From Lingula anatina (Eukaryota > Animalia > Brachiopoda): a stretch of 64,000 nucleotides of DNA. Position numbers and translations under genes: made by a program. Of the stretch, positions 49,201 to 61,200 are shown piece by piece (position 1 is the first letter of the stretch; the number at the start of each line of letters is the position of its first letter). The notes below the pieces were generated by a model. The model ran no database searches. It was not told the DNA's origin and saw nothing but the letters and a program-made list of their open reading frames with translations. The DNA is taken from positions 21,638,001 through 21,702,000 of the forward strand of contig CM120640.1 in the NCBI GenBank assembly GCA_051362555.1. Reading direction: 5' to 3'.

Positions 49201-52200
49201 TATTTTGTAGACCCTACAAACTGAAATTGTCCGTAAAACTCACAATCATGAGAGCTTGAACACCCAAGGACAGACTTTGTTGCAAAATGTTGATGTGGAT
49301 AAACAGGTGGTTGCAGACCAGCTGGACACTGTTAACCAAAGATGGGACAGTCTTAATAAAGGTACACTTACATTGGGCTTGTTAAGTCCAGTTGAACAAG
49401 GCAGAACATATTCTGTTATGTTATTCAAATATACTGTATTCAGTAAAATATCTGTTCTTAAACCATTGAGTAAAAATTTAGCCCAGTCAGTATTCTTCCT
49501 GTATTTACACAAAAGGTTTCCTTTCATTTTCAGCTGTTGACGATCGTCTTCTGACACTGGAGGATATGTCACAAAAACTTCATGAATTTTTCGACCTCAT
49601 CAAAGATCTCTCAACCTCCCTGTCTAAATATGAAGATAAGCTGTCATCCCATGATGCTCTTGGTGCAGTTGCCAAAGGCAGTCGCTACCTGCACATCATC
49701 CAGTCTCTGCAGGAGGAAGTGCACTCCATGCAGCCACAGATAGACTACACACAAGAACTGGCCCAGTCTCTCATCAGTGCAGGGCCAGCCAATGCCAAAA
49801 CATCTCAGATTACGTCCAGGGTGGATGAAGTTTCAGAAAGATATGAGAAGCTCGCACAGGAAGTAGATAGTTGGCTGGCATCCATTGAGACTGGCTCACA
49901 AGTGGTGACTGGTGCACAGGTGAGGAGGAATTATCTTGTTTTGTGAATGACAACAGTTATGTCAGTTAAGTAGGAATTGCGAAGATTCTTTCTTTCAAAC
50001 TTAAATTTGCTTGCTCCCCTTGAAGAGATTTTTTGTTTCATATTTTCTGATCTAAAATAGTTTGCTTATCTTTTCCTGAATTGGAGTTTCTGTAAGTGTT
50101 CATAAGTGTTAAATAACTGATGGTCCATTTTCACATTCAAACAAGGGGTTGTGTTATGTATTGTGTTGTAGCAACAAGTGAATACAGTTGGCAGACAGCT
50201 TCAAGGTTTTGAGGAAGATTTAGAAAAGATGGATGCTTGCGGGAGAGATCCACATGTGGTAGAACAACAGTTACAGGAACTACAGGTAAGGAAAATGTGA
50301 CACCTTGTTTGAAATGTGTAGCCTTCTATGAGGCACTGACAAATATTCATACACACAGCATTATAGCTCTACCTAAAGTACCATATGTGAAGGATTTAAC
50401 TATTGCTGTCAAAATTCACTATAAAACAGTTAGTAGAAATAAATGTCTCATATTGGTACATAATGTTATTGTTTGTGTTCTTCTATAGGCATTCAGTGCT
50501 CAGATAAGTGAGGGAGCAGCTGCAGTGAATGAGGCTGGGGAGAGATGTCACAATGTGATGAGCCAGGGATACATAGGACATGGAGACCCCATGTTAGCTC
50601 AGGTAAATATGAGAACTCACCATTGGATGTATTTCTAAGTTTCAGGCATAAAAATGTAAGACTAGACAAAAAATGTCAGTTTTTATTATTTGCCCATATC
50701 CAAGCATTTTTTGTGCTGGAAAAATTTCACAAGCAGTTATTTCAAGTCACCAATGGCATTCCATATTTGAAATAATGATGCCAGTGTATGCTTTTATATG
50801 AAAAACAGCTTGTATCTTAATTGTTACTGATGTATGTATCCAGGTTGAGGACCTCAAGAAGCAGCACTCTAGGATATCAGACAGAGTAACTCGGCGCCAA
50901 GGAGAGCTGTCAGCCATGATGAATAAATTGGATGATTTCCATGATTCCCTGCGCCAGTTGCACACAGCCATTGACAGGGCAGCTGAAGAGCAGGAATCTC
51001 AGAATCCAGTGGGTGGAAATGCTGACAATCTGAAGAAGCTTCTACAAGAGTTGAAGGTGAGACATCGGTCCATTATGTTCTGCAGTTTCTACTTTTGAAG
51101 CTGGTTGTCTCATTTCCTACCTCTCACTGTTTAAATTAACAATATAACTAGATTTGTTATTAATATCATATTCAAATAATCATTTATAGACCTTTGAGAA
51201 GAAGAGTCTTGAGCCCATACAGAAGCAGTTAGAGGTTGTCAGTAAACAGGGCCAGCAGTTGGTGTCATCTGCTGCACCAGGGGTCAGCACCAGCGGTCTG
51301 GAATGTGACATAGAGAGCCTTATGGATAAGTGGAATGAACTCAACCAGAAGGTAGGCATTACATAATCTAATATATTTAACTATTAAAAATAAATGCAAA
51401 ATTATTTGCATTCTAATTCCTGTCTTGAGAAAAAAAGGGTCAAATGATTTTGCCTGTGAACAGCGTCTTATGCACAAATAAAAAGCTAATACAACAGATT
51501 TTTGCAGATGACCTAAAAGTCTTGTATTCCTTATCTTTTTCTTTTAAAAAGATAATGTATAAGCAAGGGTGTAATATGAAATTCATGTTTCAGGTCCGTG
51601 ACCGAGAGGCTGCTTTAGATGATGCCTTGTTACAAAGTGGCAAGTTCAGTGAAGCTGTATCTGCTCTACTGGACTGGCTGGGGGAGACAGAGGAACTGAT
51701 GGAACACCAGAAAGAGCCGTCTGCTGACTACAAAGTGGCTAAGGCTCAAATGCAGGAGCAAAAGGTATGTAATTGTTGCTATTGGTAATGTTACAATACT
51801 TTCTTATACTGCTCAGTACTCTGTAACACTATGAAAATTATTCAAAGTACTCAGGATCCCTTGTTAAATTGTGGCATTACAAGATCTTTATTATCAGAAA
51901 TTACTTTGTGTTCATTTTGACAAAGGGCGTAAAATTCTGACAGTGCATAAGAATTTTACTGGTTTTCTATATTTGATCCTTTTTTTTAAAGTTCCTCCAA
52001 AAAATGTTGGAAGACAGACAGGGTAATGTGGAAGCAATCAAGAAAATTGGTTCTAAACTCAGCACAGAAGATTCTGATGGCCAGCAGGTGTCAGCACAGG
52101 TGAATGATATTGTAAAAAGGTACGAGGAGCTCAAAGCAGGAGCAACAGAGCGTCGCCAGAGTCTGGACACCATGATGACTGTTGCCAAGGAGTTCCAAGA

Positions 52201-55200
52201 CAAGCTGGAGCCAGTGATTGACTGGTTGGATACTACTGAGAAAAAGATGGCTTCAGCAGAACCTGTAGCAACAGAGAGTGAAAAGATCAGACAACAACTT
52301 CATCATCAAAAGGTTTGTTTTTGATAATATTCTCTTTAGATTTAAAGACATAGTGATATAGTTTCCAACAAAATAACTAATAGAAAGGTATGAAGGATAC
52401 AGTGTCTCCAGTAAAAATAAAAAGGCAGATGAAAAGGGATTTATAATATCTTGATATTTTTTTCTGAAGGAGGTGAATGAAGAAGTTGCAGATCATGGAG
52501 AAGACCTGGCAGCTGCACTAAAGAAAGGGGAAGAGTTACTTCAACTTTGCAATGGTAAGTTTGATAGGACTTGATCTTAATATTTTAAAAATTAATATCT
52601 TAGAATTTCCCTACATGTCATTCTTTACTTTCAAAGAAAGAACCCTTTTGTAGTTATTAAATAAATTTTTGGCATAAAGGAATTCATGGACATTTTCATC
52701 TTAGGGGAAGAAAGAGCCCATGTGCAAGAAAAACTTGATGAACTGAAACTGCGCTACAGTGCTCTGAATGAGAAGAGTGCAGATAGATTACAACAAATGG
52801 ACGAAGTATTACCTCTGGCAGAGGAGTTTGAAGACGCACATGGGAAGTTTTTGGATTTGCTGAATAGATTAGAACCAGAATTAAGAGGCAAAGATATGTC
52901 AGGAAAAGAAGGAGAGAATCAATTAGGGGTATGGTACTTATTTACATTTGTCAAACATTTTGAATCAAAGGACTATGGGTTTAAGATACATACATTTTAT
53001 CAAACCACTTACCAGAAATACAGAAAATATTGGTAATAATGATAATTTTTATGTATACTAAACTGAGATCAACGTATTTTACTTGATCTGAATTTTCAGG
53101 AAATTCAAGCTCAGATGAACAACTTGGTACCTATCCTGACTGCCGTTTCTCAGACTGGTCACCCCTTGTCCAAGCTGGCCATTGGCTCTGCAGGGGCTGC
53201 AGAGATAGAGGACCTCATCAACAAAGATACTAAGAGATTTGAGGCTTTGAAGGAGCAAGTGGACAAAAAGGCAGAGAAAATTAACCTCTCAAAACAAAGA
53301 TCACAAGAGGTATTGGCTTTGTATTTTATTACTCTGTTGTGAAAGTATAATGATTAATAGATGTAAATGAGTCTTTTTTTCTACAAATACATATTACATA
53401 TTATTTGTTACTACATAATTTATATCACTGTTATTGTAAACTATTGTAAAATCTTCTCCCAAAACATCTTTGCTAACAAATCTTATAAGATGCCACACCT
53501 CTTTTTTTGTGTGATGGATATATTTGTTTATTTTTCCAGCTTTTGAAAGACATTTCTGACCTTATGGACTGGTTTGAGCAGACGGGAAGACTTATCCAGA
53601 CAGCTCAGCCCATCAGCTCAGATCCTGGTGTATTGAAGGAACAGTTGCAGGACCACAAAGTGAGGAATCACATTACACAATAGCAAGAACAGCATGAGAA
53701 AGTATTAATTATCGACCCACAAACATTTTTATTTCAGTTATTGATGTTTTATAGGCCATTGTGTAAAAATGAAAAATTTGTTACAAACTATCTATTAGCA
53801 TAAGTTGGCAAATCTCTACTTTCCGTTTCCTTTGCAGGCCTTGACTGAAGAAATGAACCAGAATAAAGGAAAAGCCAGAGAGGTGGTCACCATTGGCAGA
53901 AAACTCCTGCGTGAGACCTCTATTGAAGATGACGGAACCATCCAAGACAAAATGGATGACCTCAAACAGTTAACAGACAATGTGTCCCGCCTGTGCACTG
54001 ACCGGCTCGGACTCCTGGAACAAGCCATGCCACTGTCTGTCCACTTCCATGACACCCACAGGGACTTGGAGGCTTGGTTTGAGGCAGTGGAGGAGAAGAT
54101 AACTGAACAAGATGTCCCTGCCCTGAACACTGACCAGATTAAGAAACAGCAAGATGGAGTCAGGGTAAGTGTTTTTTTTTTTTTTTTTTTTTTTCTGAAG
54201 TCCATTGCCAGATGAGTATATATGTGTAAAATTTTGTGTGAATTTGTGCTATTAAGATAAAAGTTTATTTATATGAATATCATTTATTTTGCTTTTATCA
54301 AAATTAACAGAATTTGCAGAACTGATTTACATATAAACGTGAACATTGGTTTCATTTCTTGTTAGATTCTGAGGCAAGAGATAATAGAACAGAAACCACT
54401 AGTTGATAAGCTAAACAAGACTGGCCAGGCCATGATAAAGTTATGTGGACTGGAGGAGGCAAGGAAGATACAAGAGTTCATGGATACTGACAACAACAGG
54501 TTTGAAATGATTAAGAACAGCACCAGGGAAAGATCCAACAACCTGGAGGAAGTTATGCAGCAGACGTCTGAGGTAAGACAATGGAAATGGATGTTGGAAG
54601 TTATTCATTTTGATAAAACTGGCGATGACAAAATTTGACACTTTCAGGATATTATTTGCCCATACAACCAAAAATCAAACATCTTTGCAAGAAGTATTAT
54701 TAGACAAATAAAAGTTGAAACAGATATCGTTCATGAAGACTAACATACTCCACGAAGAACATGCCAGTAATTTGCATCCTTACTTTGCATTCTAGTTTTC
54801 TGAGAAACTGGACAATATGCTAGAGACATTGGTTGCCACGGCAGAGCAGGTGGAGCATGCTGAGCCTGTGTCTGCACACCCTGACAAACTAAGGGACCAG
54901 CTTGAGGAGAATAAGGTGAAAATTAGAAATATTTCAATTGTCTTCTTAACTTGTTGTTCAGCAAAGGGATTTTATCCATTAACTTGTGTTGAAGTATTTT
55001 TTAAGGGGGGGGGGGGGGGGGGGGGGGATTTGTACTAAAAAGATAATTGATGCATGTTTTGTGTGTATTTAGGCTATAATCGAGGACTTAGACCGTAGAC
55101 TTGCTGCTCTGCACTCTGTGAAAGCCTCAGCCAGCGAACTCATCAGTCAGGCTGTTGATGAAGAGGATGAGTCTGTTAAAGGTAGGATGACATAATGTAT

Positions 55201-58200
55201 AGTAAGTTAAGAGATGTGGGTAGTTAACTTTACTTTGTCATGTTTAACATAACTTAGGCTACATGATTTTTTAAACCTTGTATTTCAAAGTCTGCATATA
55301 TAAAAAGCATTATTTTCAAGTTTTGTTCTATTTGAAAATGATTTAAAGATGTCATTAACACTGATGGAATGATATTAGTTACTTGATTTAAGCCTTTTTG
55401 CATATAAATTCTGACTATTTTGCAATCTTTTCTTCAGACATGAAGGACAAGGTGGATGAGCTGGTGCAGTTGTATAGTGACATCAGGAAGGCAACAGAGG
55501 AGAGGACGGCTGTGTTAGAGGAGACACTGGAGGTGTCTGACACATTCTGGGTGGAGCTTAACCAGCTGATGGGGACACTGAAGGAGATGCAGGACACTGT
55601 GGAATTGCAGGAGGTGCCAGCATTGCAACCAGAACTGATCAGAGAACAACAGGAAGTCCTGGAGGTAGGGAACATATTCTGTGAATTACTGCTCTGCCAT
55701 TTTGTATAGGTTTACTTTGATATTGGTATCAATTTGCATGAAATGTGTTTACACATAAAATTTGTAAGAGATAGATAATTAGAAATATAGAAATGCTTAG
55801 TCATGCACACATCTTTTTAGTTTGAGCTGATTAAGTTTGTACAAAGATGTGAGTGAAATTTACAGGAAATCTATGTAGATGATACTGATAACATTTCTCC
55901 CATTTCTTTCAGGCTTTAAAAGAAGACATTGAGGCCTCCCACACTGATGTGGATGATGTGCACCAAGTTGGAAAGCGTCTGATAGAACTGTGTGGAGAGC
56001 CAGACCGCCCTGAGGTGGAGAAGAATATAGAAGAGGTGGACACACACTGGCAGGATGTCCAGGCACAGATGGTCACCAGGGCCAAGTTACTAGAGGATGC
56101 CATGTCCAAGGCTACCAAGTTCCAAGAATCTCTAATTGTAAGTTGCAGTAGAATTGTAATATTTGAAAAACTTCAGAGGAAGTGACACAGAATTTCTATT
56201 TAAAAGGAAAAGTTTGCATTAACCGTCAGTAAAATTTCAATCAGTTTTATGGGCATAGGGGGCAAATTGTTAGTACAATATATGCTATTACAGTACTTTG
56301 ATCTCTTTCCCCATAATGCTCGGTGTTAAATTTAAACAGTGTATCCCAATGCTGATTTTTTTACAAACAAAACTAATCCATCTCTCTCCATTATGTTTCT
56401 CCATGTGTGATGTTAAATTCTGAAGTCTTTTTCTTTAATAAATAAAATTTCTATTTTTTGGAACTTAGTTTATTTTTGGAGGCGGAATTAATAGAATATT
56501 TTCTTATTTTTTCAGCACTTGCTGGACTGGCTTCAAGTGACAGAAGAAGCTTTTATAGGCCTGGGACCCATTGGCGCAGACACCGACACAGTCAAAATGC
56601 AGATTGATGCACTGAAGGTACAGTGGCTGTGTAGCATTTTGTAACATTGCTGTTCTCTTTGTAGAAAATGTTGCTTTGATAACTACAGACCCATTATGCT
56701 TATTATCTGTTTGCTCACAGCTGGAATTAATGTAGCAAAACTTAAGTGATAGATATACTGGTAATTGATCGTATATAAGTAATTGCTAGCCACTCTGTAT
56801 CTTAGAATATTTTGACAAATAAGGCCCTTTTTTTCCTCAAGCTCTCAAATAAGTACATGTTTTGTGGGCATTGATATTTTATTGCTATTTACCTCATTCA
56901 AAATTACTGTCACTCTGTTTCAGGCATTCAAAGGTGCCGTGGACCCCAAGCATGTGTCTGTAGAGGCTCTGAACCATCTTGGTCAGGAGCTGATCAAGGA
57001 CAGCACCACTGACCAGGGGGCTGTGGTCAAGGACCAGGTTGCAGAAGTCAATAAAAGATGGGACGCTCTCATAGATGGCATAGGGGAGAGAAGGGTAGAT
57101 ATATCTTTATAAATCACACTTTATTGATTTCTTTGTAGCACATTTCAGAAAAAAATTCATTCTTTGCAAAGATTTATGTTTGAAGTTGCAATTTTAAGAT
57201 TCATCATCATTTATAACATTTTTAAAGATTGAATGTGTGAATGTATTAAGAGTAATATTATTCGCTATGTCTGCAGGCTAAGCTTCAACAAGCTCTATTA
57301 AACCTGGGTGCATTCCATGTGGCCATGAATGAGCTGCTGTCATGGTTGGATAAGACAGAGCAAACACTTGACGAGATACAACCAGCACTGGGAGACACCA
57401 GACTAATGGAGATAGCCATGTCTAAGCACAAGGTATGTTATAAAGATACAAAAATTTGCAGTAATTTGACAAATCTATCACCCCTTCACACCATGATAAT
57501 ATGTGGTTGAAGTGTCACCAACTTTCTGTGCAATTATGTACATAATCTGTACTCTTTTGAAGCTTCTGAGGTTTATTTCCAAGTGAATTAAAAAGATCAT
57601 TCCAAGCTATTAATTAACATATGCAGTTAGAAAATATTTTTAATAACAAGTTTATGAAAATGTTCCTGTATTCCTTAATTTTTAATTGAAAGGAGAAAGA
57701 CTATAAACTACATACCAACCAATGCAAATAGAAAATATTTATCTACATATGAATTTATTCCTGTATTTCAGATTGTCCAGAATGACGTTGAGGCCCATCG
57801 TTCCAGCGTGGACTCTGTCAATGATGCTGGGAAGCAGGTGATCTCCAGCGAGGGCAGTGCAGATGCTTCTTCCACCAGACACAAGCTCGACCTCCTCAAC
57901 ATGCGTTGGGATGCTGTGCTAGGGAAGACCAGGGATAAACAACTGGATTTGGAACATGCATACAGAGAGGTAAGGACTTGCCTGGTATTCAGTTGTAATT
58001 TTTTTCAGTTTTTTCGTGCTATTTTCAAAATCTTGGCTTAATGCTTATTAACCATGTCTTATTGTTTGTCATTAAAATTCATATATGAAAGTTTTTTTTT
58101 TGTGTTGTGAATATCTGTGGACTACAGAATTAATCATGTGCATTTCTTTCTCTTATTAGTATTTTCATAAAGACAAAAGTTATACTGATAAAATTTCTTT

Positions 58201-61200
58201 AAAACAAGTTAATGGTATCTTTTTTGTTAGGCTCAAGTCTTCCATGGTGAACTAGCTGACACCTTACAAAGACTAAGTGACATAGATGCCCATCTTATCA
58301 CATCTAAACCTGTGGGAGGGCTGCCAGAGAGTGCCAAAGATCAGCTCAACAGATTCTTAGAAATATTCAAAGACCTGGAAGGGAATGAGCCAAGAGTCCA
58401 AGATTTACTGAGTGAAGGAGAGAAAATAGTTCAGAAGTGTGGAGAAACAACTGCCACCAACCTCAACCAAAACCTCCAAGCTTTGAAGAACCGTTGGGAT
58501 AATGTTAGGGCAAGGGCCAAGGACAGGAGGAAGAAGCTGGAGGATGCTCTTGCCCAGGCAGACAAGTTCCAAGCTGACCTGAACAGCTTCATAGCTTGGC
58601 TGACCAACACAGAAAGAAATATCAACAACCTGAAGCCTGTCAGCAGAGTACTGCAGACCATTGTGGATCAAATAGAGGAACATAAGGTAGGAGGACATTA
58701 TTTGAGGGTGCAATTTAGAGAAAAGATATAAATTTGAAAAATGAACTGAAGCCATATGTTTAAACTGGGTCTTGGGCTTCATAGCAAACAACAGTTAGCG
58801 TAAATCCCTGTCTTTCATTTATGTTTTCATGGATGTGGGGCATAGAAAAGAAACTGACCATAACATGTATTTTTTCAGGGCCTGCAGAAAGATATCAGCA
58901 GTAACAGAGAGAAGATGGCAGCTCTAGACAAGACTGGTACCCACTTGAAGTACTTCAGCCAGAAACAGGATGTAATCTTGATCAAGAACCTGCTGCTCAG
59001 TGTCCAGCACAGATGGGAAAAGGTGGTGTCCAGGTCAGCAGAGAGGACAAGACAACTGGACCATGGATTTAAACAAGCCAGACAGGTAAGAGGCGGTCAT
59101 TTTGATTTATAAGGATATATGTAAGGCTCAAGGTGGAGGAAAGTATATGTAAGGCTTGTTGTGATTCAAATCAGTGCTAGTGAATATATTCCTATACTTT
59201 TGTGTCTGACTCACTCTTTTGTTGAATTAATGAATTTTGCTTATATTTTAGTTCCATGAAGTTTGGCAGGAGCTCAATGACTGGTTGAACCAGAGTGAGG
59301 CAATGTTGGACACAGAACAAACAATTTCCAATGATCCTGTTAAAATCAAGGAACAGATAAATAAACACAAGGTTAGTTAGTTAGTTAGCTGAAAATGAAA
59401 AGACTGTGTCTTATTAATTTAGGTTAATTAAATTTTTTAAAAAAACGAAACACTCACAACACAATTTTTAACCACTTTTTAGAAATGTTATTGCTGAAAT
59501 AAAATGTATCCAGCATTTTTATTTTATTTTCTTAAACAGGAATTCCAACGTACCTTGGGTGCCAAGCAGCCGATCTATGACACAGTGCAGAGGATGGGGA
59601 GAGTTTTGAAGGAGAAGAGCTCAGAGGCTGATGAACCTGTGCTTCAGAACCTCCTCTACGAGGTGAAGAACAAGTGGAACAGTGTGTGTGGGAAGTCTGT
59701 AGAAAGGTAGGCTATTGTTTCTGTTATGTAGTACATGCAAGAAATACTTTTTTGTCATGCAAATGGAGGGAGATACTGAAAGTTTTAAGTTTGTAATAAA
59801 AATGTCTCAGTGGAGCTTTAAATGCCAAATTAACTTGTGATTGATGCATTCAATTAATTGATGATCATTTCAGTCCCACTGAATTGATTTGTCTTATCTG
59901 CTTAGGCATAGATTACAATGTTACAAGGCTGGTGAACTTCAAGCAAAGTTCAGTATGGTTTCTCTAGGTGTTGTAGTGTTCATTATGTTGCATTGGCACC
60001 ATGATCATAATATCACCTGTAGTATTTATATGTTTCAGAAAAATTCACAAGATGATTTGCTTCAAGAGTGATTGTTTTGAATTATATTAAAGAATTACAG
60101 TTTACACTCATTATTTTTGTAATTTGTAATTATTCTTGATTTGGGACCGTTGAAGTGAAATGGCACAAATATTATTTTGTGTTACTGTGTTACTGTTTCA
60201 GTATATTTAAAATGTTCTGTAAGCATATCATGAGTAGTAAAAAGCTTTCTGGCAATTGATCAAGTTAAATTACTCTAGTTGTTTTTAAACATGATTCACT
60301 GAACACTAGACAAATAATATTGGGTGCAACAAAATTTCAGTAATGATTGTAACTTTCGTAACATATATATACATTTTGTTTCTAAAATAAACATTCAGCC
60401 TAATATAATAAATTTTAACTCTCCAGACAAAGAAGACTTGAAGAAGCTTTACTGTTTTCTGGTCACCTGCGTGATGCTCTGTCAGCCTTACTGGACTGGC
60501 TGTACAAAGTGGAGCCCACGCTGACAGAGGAGCAGATGGTGCATGGAGACATGGACACTGTCATAGCTCTGCTGGAGGAACACAAGGTAGGGAACAAACA
60601 GCTTGGAAACCATTGTTTTCTAGTGCTAAATGTGGTATTGTGCAGAATGTAATCATTATTCATGAAATATGAATCTAGGACCCCATTCCCAGAGATTAGA
60701 TCAATCCAAACTAGATCGACCTAACTCCCTGGGGGTTCACGCTAAATAGCTGTCAGCTGAGCGAGCACGAAAGTTAATTACCCCCTTACAGCTTGTAGTA
60801 GGCGGGACGGACATTTAAGCCAGATTATCTGACAGTAATCTAGTGAGACTCCCCACGGGGATAGATCGATCTAAAATCTATGGAAATACGCCCTAGGTCT
60901 GTCAGTTAATGAAGAAAATACTCTTGCAAGGAAAATCCACTGTTTGTCATTACAACAATATAAAGAAAACATCAAAGAATAAGAGGTAATAATTTAAAGA
61001 TGATAGTTCCCTTTGCTGATGACAAAATATGATATGTAGATGTGAGCTAATTTTAGTATTGCATGTATTACAGGCATTTCAACAAGAACTGGGTAAGAGG
61101 TCCAGCAGTGTAGGCTCTGTACAGAAATCTGGTAAAGATCTGATTGAGAACTCGGAGGAGGATGCAGGAGATCTGCAGAATGACCTGATAGAACTGAAGA

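Noticed and set aside
23520-58791. Numerous minus-strand ORFs overlapping exons (e.g. 23520-24086, 35211-35672, 43974-44420, 58405-58791)
   Set aside because: Shadows of + strand coding sequence; no recognisable domains or consistent splice structure.
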